A DNA stretch of 63,671 nucleotides, filler included, from Octopus bimaculoides (Eukaryota): NCBI RefSeq assembly GCF_001194135.2. It is 10 parts of 7 records of this genome, joined end to end, with 100 filler letters (N's around TTAATTAATTAA, not from the genome) between each part and the next. Parts side by side here need not be neighbours in the genome. Positions count along the whole stretch, not along the records: positions 26,338 to 30,764 come from NC_068990.1; positions 30,865 to 42,137 come from NC_068987.1; 8 more parts are not named here. One strand, written 5' to 3'. This document shows positions 26,776-39,630 of the stretch, piece by piece. Under the pieces are notes generated by a model. That model saw only the letters and a list, made by a program, of their open reading frames with translations, was not told where the DNA came from and did no database searches. Numbering within the stretch: the first letter of the stretch is position 1; each line of letters starts with the position of its first letter. The position numbers and the translations under genes are program-made.

Positions 26776-27564
26776 AGGAAAGAAAGATATAGTTAGTTGT
26801 CCCATTTTTATAATGAAATCAATTGTGAATTCGTTTCTCTTTTTTAAAGATAATTCATTTATTAAAGATAATTAGACATGTAAAAGATTGAGGAAGATAT
26901 TGGCTATATTGTTCAGCTATCTAATATTAATTAGGTCTTTTCATACAGCAGAATCAATGTGGCTTATTTTAAGCTTAAAAATAAAAAGTAAAGGTATATT
27001 TTGACGTCTAGGAAATCTTGGGGATTTTATTTATTTTTATATTTTTTTTAGACATTTTATTTTAAAATGTAAAAATTTTATTTATTTATTTTTGTTTTTA
27101 CATTTTACTTATTTTATTTTTCCAAATATATGTGATTAAAATGAAAGAGCCATATGTACTTTCTTTTCTTAACTTTGGATCATTTGAGTTATTATAAAAA
27201 TTTTGTCTATATCGTTAAATGATGAGAATATTCCCTCTCACTCTCGAGATAAATCTCTTCCATTTAATACAACTTCTTTTGATCTACGGAATAGGAATTA
27301 AGATAAAAATATGAACAATCAAACAAAAGTTTTGCGTTGAATATTCTTTGAGTAAATTAAGATTACAGATAAAATGATTTCCTTTTTGCTATTCATGTAG
27401 ACAAACAATAGTAGAATGTCTTGCGATAACTGTTGCAAAATAGATTTTTAAGCATTATAAATATTTGTCTTGAGAAGATTGAGCTCAAAGATAATTAGAA
27501 AAAAGTAATGATGACGACGACGATGATGATGATGATACCATTATTATCATTATTATCATCATCA

Positions 27565-27628
<64 letters not shown>

Positions 27629-28297
27629 GGAGCTATTCTAATGATTATTGAACTTGATCTTGTTTTCATGAGCCATAACTATAAAACAATCAATTTTATC
27701 GTACATTATTTATTTAAAACTTCATTTTTATATTATCTTTATTCTTATTTTTTTTTTTTTTGTCAGAAGTAACATTAGTCATAGAAATTTTTTTGCCTTA
27801 TCAAGTGTTGAAGGTAATGGGGTGTGGTTATTGGGAAATGAGAAATTTCGATAAATTTTTCTTATGTAAATCATTCACTTTACAAATAAACATATTTAAG
27901 GATTTTAATAAGCTAGCTAATCTATAAAATGTAAATTGCAGTACGTATATGACGATGTAAATACATACCAATCTACACGTGCACAAAATTTTGTATAAAC
28001 ACGCACCCATATAGATTTACACATGTACTCATATGCTTTCACATACGTACATGTATATAATTTCTTTATAGTTGTGATGTTAGGTGTGTATTTATAGAGA
28101 ATAAAATTAAAATTCAAGTGCAAGCCTTTTTCATGTGCAATTTAACAGGCACTATGGCACTAGCAGAGAAACATACATGCACACACACACACTATGGCAC
28201 TAGCAGAGAAACATACATGCACACACACAAACACACATGCACACACACACACACACACAATACATATGAGTATATGCAATATATGTGTATGTGCAAA

Positions 28298-28492
28298 GGC
28301 AGCAAGATGGCAGAAACATAAGCATGCCAGGCAAAATGCTTAGTGGTATTTCATGTCTTTACATTCTGAGTTCAAATTCTTTCAGGGTTGATAAATTAAG
28401 TACTAGTTGCGTTCAGGGGTCGATCTAATCGACTGGCCCCCTCCCCCAAAATTTCAGGCCTTGTGCCTAGAGTGGAAGAGAATATATGTGTA
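28298..28492 (+). mobile_element. SINE family 1 copy with internal deletion
   Basis: GATGGCAGAAAC...TTCTGAGTTCAAATTC...CCCCCAAAATTTCAGGCCTTGTGCC is collinear with 61973-62186 but lacks the CGCCGAGGTCGACTTTGC segment. Confidence 0.85.
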
Positions 28493-28626
28493 CATACATG
28501 TAAGTTTAAACTGGTAATTGTATTTCGTATAATCATACTTAGTTGAACAAATAATTAAGAAATCTATTAACTAATTAAATATTGACATGTTTATATTTTT
28601 TCTTTTTTCTTTAAAGTACTGAAGTT

Positions 28627-28940
28627 GCATGGCATGGTGGTTAGGGTATTCAGCACATGATCATAAGTTTGTGGATTCAATTCTCGGTGATGTGTTGTGT
28701 CCTTGAGTAAAAACCTTTATTTCCTGTTGCACCAGTCCACTCAGCTGACAAAAACGAGTTGTACCTGTAATTCAATGAGGGAGCCTTGTCACACTCAGTG
28801 TGCCATGCTGAATCTCCTTGATAACTATGTTAAGGTTATGCATGACTATGGAGTGCTCAGCCACATGTTAATTTTACAAGCAGGCTGTTCCATTGATTAG
28901 ATCAACTAGAACACTCATTGTCATAACTGATGATGTACCT
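28627..28940 (+). mobile_element. SINE family 3 (tRNA-like head)
   Basis: GGTGGTTAGGGTATTC...GGATTCAATTCTC...GTTGTGTCCTTGAG. Collinear with the reverse complement of 61486-61778. Confidence 0.8.
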
Positions 28941-29144
28941 AGCTATGGCACCAGTGCTCAACCATACACCCTCACACACATACAAACACATCTGTACATG
29001 TGATACATGTGCATGTGTGTGTGTAAGTTTAAATTGGTGATAGCATTTCATATATTCATATTTAGTTCAACAAGTAATGAAGAAATCTATTAAACAATTA
29101 AATGTCATGTGCTTCTATTTTTTTTAAAGTTTAACTGATTAAGA

Positions 29145-29360
29145 TTTACCATTTAAACTGGCCACATCTTATCAAAATACTCTGCATGTTTTGTGTTCAA
29201 CCTGGCCAGATCTAGCCTCTCACACCTACCCCAGTGTCATTCTAAACATAAACAATCATACCATCAGTATCTCAAAGCTACAAAGTAATGCATGTTCAAT
29301 TCAAAACAACTGAATACATAAGCATCACATTTGACAGGGCAATCTGAATGCTAAAGCGTT
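29145..29360 (-). mobile_element. Dispersed MITE-like repeat, possibly piggyBac-type termini
   Basis: The reverse complement (CTTTAGCATTCAGATT...TCAAATGTGATGCTTATGTATTCA...GTTTTGAATT) aligns by eye with 54686-54870. The family assignment is from memory only. Confidence 0.65.
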
Positions 29361-29369
29361 CTATATATA

Positions 29370-29482
29370 GAACTGAACTGGAGCAATGTGAAATGAAGTG
29401 TTTTGCTCAAGAACACAACATGCTGCCCAATCAGGGAATTGAACCCACAATCTTGTGATCATGAGTGTAACAGCCTAACCAC
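29370..29482 (-). mobile_element. SINE family 3, 5' head
   Basis: AAGTGTTTTGCTCAAGAACACAAC...GGAATTGAACCCAC...CCTAACCAC matches 61680-61760. Confidence 0.75.
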
Positions 29483-29493
29483 AAATATATAAC

Positions 29494-29531
<38 letters not shown>

Positions 29532-29536
29532 GTATG

Positions 29537-30403
29537 ATGCTCCGTTGGAGAAGCCAGTATGCTCCGTATGAAGCCAGTATGCTCCGTTGGATGTGTAATG
29601 TCAATGTGAATACCCGTCAGAGTGTAAGTATCTTGAGAGAAAAGCTGAACATTAGAAGCATCAGTTGTGGCGTGCAAGAGAGACGATTGCGCTGGTATGG
29701 ACATGTGGTGAGAATGGAGGAGGATAGCTGCGTGAAAAAGTGCCACACCCTAACAGTNNNNNNNNNNNNNNNNNNNNNNNNNNNNNNNNNNNNNNNNNNN
29801 NNNNNNNNNNNNNNNNNNNNNNNNNNNNNNNNNNNNNNNNNNNNNNNNNNNNNNNNNNNNNNNNNNNNNNNNNNNNNNNNNNNNNNNNNNNNNNNNNNNN
29901 NNNNNNNNNNNNNNNNNNNNNNNNNNNNNNNNNNNNNNNNNNNNNNNNNNNNNNNNNNNNNNNNNNNNNNNNNNNNNNNNNNNNNNNNNNNNNNNNNNNN
30001 NNNNNNNNNNNNNNNNNNNNNNNNNNNNNNNNNNNNNNNNNNNNNNNNNNNNNNNNNNNNNNNNNNNNNNNNNNNNNNNNNNNNNNNNNNNNNNNNNNNN
30101 NNNNNNNNNNNNNNNNNNNNNNNNNNNNNNNNNNNNNNNNNNNNNNNNNNNNNNNNNNNNNNNNNNNNNNNNNNNNNNNNNNNNNNNNNNNNNNNNNNNN
30201 NNNNNNNNNNNNNNNNGACACGTAAAAGCACCCACTACACTCTCTGAGTGGTTGGCGTTAGGAAGGGCATCCAGCTGTAGAAACTCTGCCAAATCAGACA
30301 GGAGCCTGGTGTTGCCATCCGGTTTCACCAGTCCTCAGTCAAATCGTCCAACCCATGCTAGCATGGAAGGCGGACGTTAAACGATGATGATGATGATGAT
30401 GAT
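29537..30403 (+). mobile_element. 5'-truncated RTE-clade LINE (RT C-terminus, gap, 3' UTR, (GAT)n tail)
   Basis: EASMLRWMCNV...LREKLNIRSISCGVQERRLRWYGHVVRMEEDSCVKK is typical of the RTE ORF2 end. After the gap, a UTR-like stretch ends GGACGTTAAAC(GAT)7. Confidence 0.85.
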
Positions 30404-30520
30404 ATGTATGATTTCCAATCAAGATTAGAGTGGCGTAACCCGAAAAAACAGGAACTGGTATATCCAGGAATTGGTATCTCCAAAGTAAGTGAGAAGGCTG
30501 GGGTCCAAGTGAGTGTGTGG

Positions 30521-30757
30521 TATATATTCAATCCAAATATGAACAAGCAAGAAAAAATACAAAAAAACAACAATGCGAGGACATTGAATAAGTACAGTGT
30601 TATTGGACTCTTAGGAAAGGAAAGAAAAGAAAGGGGGTTTCACGTTTCGAGCGGAGCTCTTCATCAGAAATATAGAAAAACACTGTACTTATTCCACATC
30701 CTCGCGTTGTTGTTTTTTCATTTTTTCTTGCTTGTTCATGTTTGGATTGTATATATA
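30521..30757. mobile_element. Fold-back element: ~80-bp inverted arms enclosing a degenerate hammerhead motif (probable PLE pseudo-LTR relic)
   Basis: Arms 30521-30601 and 30679-30757 are near reverse complements (CAATCCAAA.ATGAACAAGCAAGAAAAAAT...AACAAC..GCGAGGA...GAATAAGTACAGTGTT). The hammerhead-like motif lies at 30638-30670 on the minus strand. Confidence 0.7.
30638..30670 (-). ncRNA. Degenerate minimal hammerhead motif (G at position 17)
   Basis: UUU-CUGAUGA-A-GAGC-UCC-GCUC-GAAA-CG-U-G-AAA. Core is intact, stem II is 4 bp, stem I is only 3 bp, and the GUG triplet is non-canonical. Confidence 0.5.
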
Positions 30758-30886
30758 TATATATNNNNNNNNNNNNNNNNNNNNNNNNNNNNNNNNNNNN
30801 NNNNNNNNTTAATTAATTAANNNNNNNNNNNNNNNNNNNNNNNNNNNNNNNNNNNNNNNNNNNNAATAATGATTATAATAATAATG

Positions 30887-30917
<31 letters not shown>

Positions 30918-31344
30918 TAATAATAATAATGATGATGCCAATGATGATGATAATGATGATGATGATGGTGACGACGACAACGATGATACAAGTAATAATA
31001 ACAACAGCAGCAGTAACTACAACAGAGATTTTTAACAAGCACTCTTTTATTTTCTTGCGTAGTCATAAAAAAAACCTTGCATTTTTTAGTGAAAGAGGTT
31101 GAGCCAAAAAAATGAAAATAGCTCCACAACAATGAATAAAGATCACAAAGGGAAAATTAAAACACAAAACAAAATAAAGAATCAATCAGAAATGATGATT
31201 TATTAAAATAAAACTGTGACAAGTCACCATATTTATAGCATCTGCTGCAATTTGCCCAGATGCCGGTGACACAGCAAACGTGTATGCACAGCAGAGAATT
31301 TTGTATATGATAAAAGAAGGATAATGGCGGCGGAGGAGACAACG

Positions 31345-31399
31345 GCGATGATGATATTGATGGTGATGTTGATGACGACGACGACGATGACGACGACGT

Positions 31400-31445
<46 letters not shown>

Positions 31446-31463
31446 AAAGATGATGATGATGAA

Positions 31464-31518
<55 letters not shown>

Positions 31519-31522
31519 TTGA
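31345..31522. repeat. (GAT)n/(GAC)n microsatellite
   Basis: Read directly. Source of the poly-M, poly-H and poly-S pseudo-ORFs. Confidence 0.95.
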
Positions 31523-34258
31523 TATGGCATGGTGTGGGAGTGGAGGTGGGGTAGACGTGGTGGTGTCGGTGGTGCTTATTCTTACATCATGATTCTCAAA
31601 AAACAAAAACCCCCCAAAAATACAATGCCGTCCCACCTTGGTATCATAAATGAAACGACATCTTAAATGATTACCAATGAACGACGGAAACTTCGTACGG
31701 TTTCATGACTTGAGAAACAGTAGCAGCCAAAACTTCCTCAAATCTTTAAAAGCCAATGTGTTAACGAAATGAAAACACAAGAATTGAATGTGAAACGATG
31801 ACAAAGACTAGACATCTTTGATCTTATTTCTGCACAATTAGAGCTGACATTGCGATATATAATAAAAGCAAGCTCACATGAATTAGTGACGAGAGACTGT
31901 GACTACATAACCTATTCTTATTTACCAACTCTTTCAACTCTTATATATAACAATCACCAAATGAATATTCGCATCCGTGCTATCACTGGTCATTGATAAA
32001 CTTTATCAAAATGACATTAAACAGGAAAATGTCACTGGGGGTAGCTTAGATTTCATATTTTCATTCAAATATGAAATTGATGCGCTCTCAACCAGAAGGA
32101 AATGTAAGGAATTGTGGATGGGAGACACGGGGTAAAAACTGGATACATCATTTTCGCCACAGCCAACATGCAAATATAGTCGGCTGGATGNNNNNNNNNN
32201 TTATGCGTTTAAGTGACCTTAAACATTTAAAAAAAAAAAAAAAATCTAAAGTATTCAAGACTATCTTGAAGTATATGCCTTCTGAAATATTAAACGCAAC
32301 ATTCTACTTTATATAGGATGCTATTCTATAAATGTAAGTTGTATATTTTAGTGGCTAATCTTCGGGACCGAGTTAAACTTTGGTAATCGATTGGTTCTCA
32401 AAATCTACAGGTGGTTCTCCATTACTCAAAGGTATTTTAAAGTTCCAGTAGCTATAGCTTGCACATAGTCTGTTATTCATAGCAATGTCTTCGTCCTTCC
32501 CTGTGACTAGTAACATAATAGAACACTTAGAGTTCGCTAGTGTTTATGATCAACATACAGCGTTACCCATTACAAAGTTTTCACCATTCACTTGGTGTAC
32601 TACACGTAATACCTACTTCTATTCTCATCAGTAAGAACTTTGGTTGTTATTTCTAACGTATCACCTTGTATCTTGTTTTGAATTTAGAAACTTGTTTGAT
32701 TTTTTAGGCGAAACCAATAAGCGAATACAAATTATTAATATTTTAATTACGTTAACATTTATGCATTATCTCTTTGTAATAGACTTTGTTTCATAAATAT
32801 AAGCCTAATATGAAATCATTTTTTATTGGTTATCTTAAATTAAGGTGAAAGCCATAAAATATAGAAAAAGATCCTACGATTTCACTTATCTTCTAATAAA
32901 TCTATTATCTATTACGAAATAAATAAAACATTATATTTATGAAACTTAACACACGCAAGTTGTAATTTGTTATTAATTGCAGACTGAATTTTTCTCATAA
33001 TTTTCCGATGTGTATTTTGAAAAAGATCGCACATACTAAACGTATTCAACCACTTCATAAAGATAATCTGATTATATGTATATGGCCATCTACTTTCAAA
33101 CTAATTCAGGAGCAAAATGAGGTAAACAAATTAATTGGAATAAAAGACAGCCATGTTCTGGTTTTGCTCAAAACACTATCAATTTATTTGTTGACTAAAT
33201 TTTACAGATTCCCGTCTTCATGCGATCAACAGCTGAGCGAAACAATGGAAGCTAGATATACTCTTACTATGTGTAGAGAGAGGACTTTGCTGCACTAAGT
33301 AAACGGGGCACACTTCAAAATATTACGTTAATTTGAAGGCCGTAACAAAATACTAGTATTTTCCCACACGTTATGCTGCATGGAAATGAAAGAAAATGCG
33401 ATTTGCTTTACACCTGCTTCCGTGAAGCGGCGGATGACTGCATATATATGCATGTTTTATGTCAAGATTTCTTGGCAACAGAGAAAGAGCCGGTTTCTAG
33501 CCTAGATCCAAGGCTCCTTCACTTAAGTTACTTAGAATGTTTCTGGTATTCTTTTCAGATAGTAGTTATGGTTTAAATTTTAGAAAATGCATAACTACAC
33601 ATAAACACACACACATAAATGTATGTATGTATGTATGTATGTATGTATGTATGTATGTATGTATGTATTATGAGTGCGTTTATGTATGTATGTGTAAGCA
33701 TAAGTAGCTATGTACGTATATATATCTTAATAGTACTAAATCTCTAGAGATGTTTATGTGTATCCGAAATATCTCAGAAGTAGTATATGTTATCTTTTTT
33801 TTCTGCATATTTACTTTCATATTTACCTTCGGCTGTGCAGTACAATTTTTCGTGATATCCGGACCTCTATTTATTAACGAAAACGATTAAACAAAATTTT
33901 TGTTTGTTATTTCTAGACGAAAAAAAAAAGAAAACAAACATACAAAATACACACACATATAATGAATGTCATGGCGTGTCAATCAACACAAACGCACGTC
34001 TGCTATCTGTGACATAAACACACGCATAGTTGTCGCACACTCTAGAAAAAAAAACCTCGACTTTTTGACGTACTCAATATTTTAATCATTTAGAAATATT
34101 TTTAACTGAATGTGATTTCAAAATTGCAAGTTGTTGGTAAAGTAAGTATTTATATTTTAGCTTTCTTTAAACAGACAATATTTTAATGCACTTTAAAAAT
34201 CATTTTCAAGTGAATGGCAATATTTCGCTTGTCATCCGGAGTTTGTTAGATTCCGTAA

Positions 34259-34686
34259 ATTCCTTTTTCATTCACTTTTGTTTTAAAATGAGAGAAGAAA
34301 GTCAAAGATGCATGTACCTGTGTATGAAATGAACGTGGCTGCGTGAAAGAGAAAGAGAGAGAAAAAGAGAAAGATAGAGAAAAACAGAGAGTTAGACAGA
34401 GAGTGAAGGGGTATGTTGTCATGTATGCGTACATACATCAATACATATACGTACATGTGTATGTATGTGTGCATGTGTGTGTGTGTGTGCAAGAGAGACA
34501 GACAGAGAAGGAGAAAGAGTGAGAGTGAGTGAATGAGTGAGAGAACGTGTGTGTTCTCATGTATATGTAATTGACTCTATCTCTTTTTTTTTCTCTCTCT
34601 CTCACACACTCTTCATATACACGTTCATACATTTTTCACTATCTCCTTTCTTTCACTTTTAAACAAAAGTAAATAAATAAGAATTT
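34259..34686. mobile_element. Microsatellite-filled element with ~70-bp degenerate inverted arms (MITE-like)
   Basis: Left arm AAATTC...CACTTTTGTTTTAAAATGAGAGAAG...ATGAACGTG. The reverse complement of the right arm is AAATTC...TACTTTTGTTTAAAAGTGAAAGAAAG...ATGAACGTG. Confidence 0.55.
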
Positions 34687-35093
34687 TATACCGAAATTAG
34701 CGAAGAAAAGCAGTTGATCCGGTTGACAGTTCTGAGATTCAAAGCAAAAGTTCGCCCCGAAGGAATACCATTACAAAAGTTTTTTCGTGTGCATTCAACG
34801 TATCTCAGCTCCAAAGATTTGGCTGCTATTTCCAGCATGTCCTGCTACCACGTAACAGCTATTTGCAATAAAGGACCAGAAATACCTGTTATCTGGTAGC
34901 AGGGCGTGCAAGAAATAGCAGCCCAAGCCCAATCTTTCCTTTTCTGGAGAAAGGAGCCGTTTACGCGTGATTTCGATATCATATTTGTTGAAAGCATGCA
35001 AAATAACCTAGAAAAGAAAGAAAGCACACGAAACAAATCCCCGTTGCTGCGAAACTCGGGTTTCCAGGTGACCAACATGGCACATGTAGTCTA

Positions 35094-35166
<73 letters not shown>

Positions 35167-36646
35167 TATGTACTATGCATGCGTATGTCTGCGTGTGCGT
35201 GTGTGTGTATGTATGTGTGTGTGTGTGAGTGTGTGTGTATGTGTGTGTGTGTGTGTTTGTGTGTGAATTCATATATTTTTGATCTAAATTTAAAACCAAG
35301 ACACTACAATGTGAAAAGAATACCAGAAACATTTTAAGTAACTTAAGTTAAATGTACTATAAAAAGAATTTCACAAAACTCAACAGTAATATACATATAC
35401 AAACATAAAAGCAATGTGCGTGCATGTTTATGTGTAGATGTATATCTTTATATTCCAAATAAATGGAAGTTGCCGACGACCACACGCTTCGTATATACAT
35501 TAGTGTCATGTCTTTATAGCTGGAAATTGTTGTTAATTAGGCCGGTTTATTTATACGATCGATTTCATGTTTCATTCTATGCACACACGCAACAGACAAA
35601 TATATAAACGCATAAATATAATATCCGTAGGACATAAGAAGTAAAATATGTTAAAATACAGTAGAAACATTTTCTTTATATAAATATATTGTACTTAAGG
35701 AAGACAAACATGGCGACAAATTTTTAATGAATATCTATTGATGATCTAGTTAACGGTCCGTTTAAACACGACTAAGTATAATGTATAATAATACAGGAAT
35801 TATAATGGTGAAGTAACTTTAGGCATACAGAATTGTTTAAAGAGTTAGACTCATACTATCGTTCACAAAGTTAGACTATATATTTTGTTTCTTAGAGGTA
35901 ATATCTTATATAATTAATCTAAATAATAGACAGTGTAAAGCATAAAATCATAAATAATAACAAAGTTTAAAATGCAAAATAACAAAATATAACTAATGAA
36001 GACGATAAAATAAAAAAAAGAAATATATTAAAAATGTATAAAATATCAGAAAATACAGAAAGATATAAAATATAAAATATAAAATATAAAAGTATATAAA
36101 TATATATAAAATGTAAAAATATATAAAATATAAAAATGTGTAATAAAATGATAGAAAATGAATAATATATTTGTTTATACATATTCATAAACCAAGCTAA
36201 ATGAAACTATTAAAACATTAATAACAGCATCAACACCTTTGTAGCAATATCGATATCAATTACAATGCTAACACCAATGTCCGTTATGGTGCTAATATCA
36301 ATACCATTATTGATACCTATGTTGAGATAAAAGATATACTAATCTAACTAATGAGGATGAGAATGAGCCACAAAGTATCAGGAAGAGTGAGAGAATAGGC
36401 TTGATATAATAGTGATGGCCTAACTTGAATTAACAATATATTATAAAAAAAATAGAAATAAAATTGTGTGTAAACAAGGAAGAATATTTAATAACGAAAT
36501 GTGTAATCGAAAAATCCCCCGAAAATATAGTTACCGTGATTTGCTCGAAAATAATTTCAAAATGTTAATGGTGAGTAAATTGAAAAATATTTTTATGATT
36601 TATATTACTCTCTCTCTCTCTCTGTCTCTCACTCTCTCTCTCTGTC

Positions 36647-36692
<46 letters not shown>

Positions 36693-36919
36693 ACTCTCTC
36701 TCTCTCTCTCTCTCTTTCAATCTCTTTGTCTCTCTCTCTCTATGTGTGTATATAGAGAAAGCAAGAAAGAGAGATAGAGGGTGGCACAGAGACATAAAGC
36801 ATCATGGAATAGATAACTACTTATATATATATATGTGTGTATGTGTGTATGTGTGTGTGTGCATGTGTGTGTGTATATATGCACAAATACACACATATAT
36901 ATACACACGCACATACGTA

Positions 36920-37713
36920 GGAAGTGTGTTCAAAAAGTATCGACCAAAACTAACGCCACCTTTGTGTGTGAGGTGATGTCACCCTTCTTGAGCAATGCCT
37001 GAGCATATTTGGCGATGGTAGGCCGCGTCAGTTCCTTGTGTTAAGCATAGAGTTTAGACGTGAAGTGGTTACTGGTCGGATTTTCGCTTTCACCGGACAC
37101 ATCAAATTGAGATATTGCAACAGGCTGTGCTCAACGCTTGCTGACACACAAGCTCAAACTATCCAAAAGATTCAGCCAGGCCATCCCCAAGCCGAAACTT
37201 GGAGACTTTTGTGATGGTTCGGCGAGTAACCATGAAAAACTGTCGGGTTTGTAGTCATGGCGGACTGCCCAAGGAATTGCTCACAAAGTAGGAATAAGCA
37301 TAAGACCAATGCCTTCGATTTTTACGGAGGATTTGAGCATGAGGGAATGTCGGCGAAATTCGTCCCCAAGAGGCTGGCGGAGAAGCAGAACCAACTCCGC
37401 ATAGAAAACGCATATGGAATGCTGAACTATGCTCAGATATTATGAAGGTCTTTATCACAGGTAACGAGAGGTGGGTTTCTTGTCCCTGCTCGATTCGTTC
37501 GGTCAAATTGTCTGAAAGCGAAAATCCGAGGCGCGCAGGCTATACGTCTGTACTATAGGCATAGCAGACGAGAAGTGACGCGGCCTACCACGTAACATTT
37601 TGCGAGCATGAGCAGGATGAATGGGTTCACCTTCCGTTGAAAGTTTTTTTTGCCTACGAAGCATTAGTTTTGGCAGGAAAAAATAAAATCGGATATTCTT
37701 TTAACACAACTCA
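36920..37713 (+). mobile_element. Truncated mariner derivative with ~180-200-bp inverted terminal arms
   Basis: Transposase relic MSAKFVPKRLAEKQNQLRI...FITGNERWV (FVP and TGDE.W-like motifs). TA-flanked ends. Exact inverted matches of 15 bp (37016-37030 with 37576-37590) and 17 bp (37076-37092 with 37513-37529). Confidence 0.8.
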
Positions 37714-38654
37714 TATATTTTCATCTATCTATCAAACTATATCTATCTATCTATCTATCTATTTATCTATCTATCTGTATGTATGTATGTATGTATGTAT
37801 GTATGTATGTGTATATATATNNNNNNNNNNNNNNNNNNNNNNNNNNNNNNNNNNNNNNNNNNNNNNNNNNNNNNNNNNNNNNNNNNNNNNNNNNNNNNNN
37901 NNNNNNNNNNNNNNNNNNNNNNNNNNNNNNNNNNNNNNNNNNNNNNNNNNNNNNNNNNNNNNNNNNNNNNNNNNNNNNNTATATATATATATATATATAT
38001 TCTTCTGCTTTAGGGATTGGATAGAATATGGATAAAGATAATACATTTTAATATAGATATTTCAATTTACTATCTATCTGATAAGAAAATGCTTAACGTC
38101 AATTTATAAATCAGAAATTTACGGTTTTCGAGGGAAGACAAGTCCGTCCTCCCTATATAATTCGCCATTATTATCGAAACACGTATTATGCTTAATAAAT
38201 CTGTAGAGCTAGCCTGTGTTGTAACATTGATATATGCATCAGTAATGATAGTAATAGCTTTAGCAATATTTGGGATCTCATTACGCAGTGCTTTACTGAT
38301 CGATGTATAATTATCTAGAATGTCAAATTATATTAATCTAAAATTTAATCTAACTGTAAGAGAGTGGAAGCGTTAAATGATGCGGGCCATTCCAGAATAC
38401 AAATAGGAATATTCTTTAATTTCAGTTAATATTTTATCGACATTTGTATAGTTTAGTTGAACTAACATACAATTTGCAAGCGTTAGTGAAATGCGGCTGT
38501 TTAGGCATTGTCTTCCGTTTCTATATCGAAGCTAGATGTAATAAGTGTCATTCAGCATAATACCATTTTTGCCATGTAAAAATATACACACAAAATCAGA
38601 CGTTTACCGTTCCTTTAGATGATTAGTGATAACATTTCTTGTACGCGAAGTCGA

Positions 38655-39040
38655 GGCTGCGTGATAGGAAGGTTGCTTCCCAACGCCATCGTCCTGGAAT
38701 CTGTTGCAATGCGTGGGACCTTGAGCAAGTGTCTTCCAGTATAGCCTCGGGTTGACCAAAATATTGTAAGTGGATTCGCTAGACGGAAACTGAAAGAAGC
38801 CTATCGTATACATATGTGTGTGACTTTTTGTCTGGGTTTGCACAACAGCACCGCTTGACAACCGTTTTTGGTGTGTTTACGTTCCCGTAGAATAGAGGCT
38901 CGGCGAAAGAGACCGATAGAATAAGAACAAGGCTTGAAATATGAGTCATGATATCAATTCATTCAACTTGATTCATTTGACTAAAATTCACCAGTGGTGC
39001 CCCAGCATGGTCATAGTCTAATGATTGAAACAAGTAAAGA
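38655..39040 (+). mobile_element. SINE family 2, diverged full-length copy
   Basis: The 5' half matches 13529-13695 and the 3' half matches 47079-47280 (CGCTTGACAACC...GAGACCGATAGAATAAG...TGAAACAAGTAAA). Confidence 0.85.
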
Positions 39041-39630
39041 TACATAACTCAGTAATGTCAACATGCATTAGTTAGGATGAGTGTATTCTGGGCATATGCA
39101 CTACATGTGCAAATAAATATTTCTTTTCATATCGTCATAGTTTTTTTTTGGAGCACTTAGCTTTCACAAAATACTTGTGTATGCTGAGTTCTTTACGCAT
39201 ACATGTAAATGTATCATGCACTCGTTTACACACTCCTGCGTGCAAGGATACGCGCGTGCACACACAAACACACATGCGCACATACGTACACATGTAAACC
39301 ATAATCCCAGTATGATCTAATATTTAAGAATTTCGCTTCGCAAGCAGAAGGTCTTTGATTCGATCTTACACTATGGCAGTTCTATTTATTAATTTTTGAA
39401 TAAACATTTCCATATATCTATGAATGGTCCCTCGCACATTCAGTTAAGACGGAGGCTTTTGCTAAGCGCGTCGAAAGAGATGTAACTGCATTAAAAAATG
39501 GCAATCTCCTCAAACACATTATTATATTGATTCGGCCTGATACAAGCTTCAGGGTGCTTATATCTGCGTAATGCTAAGCAGGTATTCAGGCTGGTTCAAG
39601 TTGGTCGAACCACTGAATACCGATCCGTCG

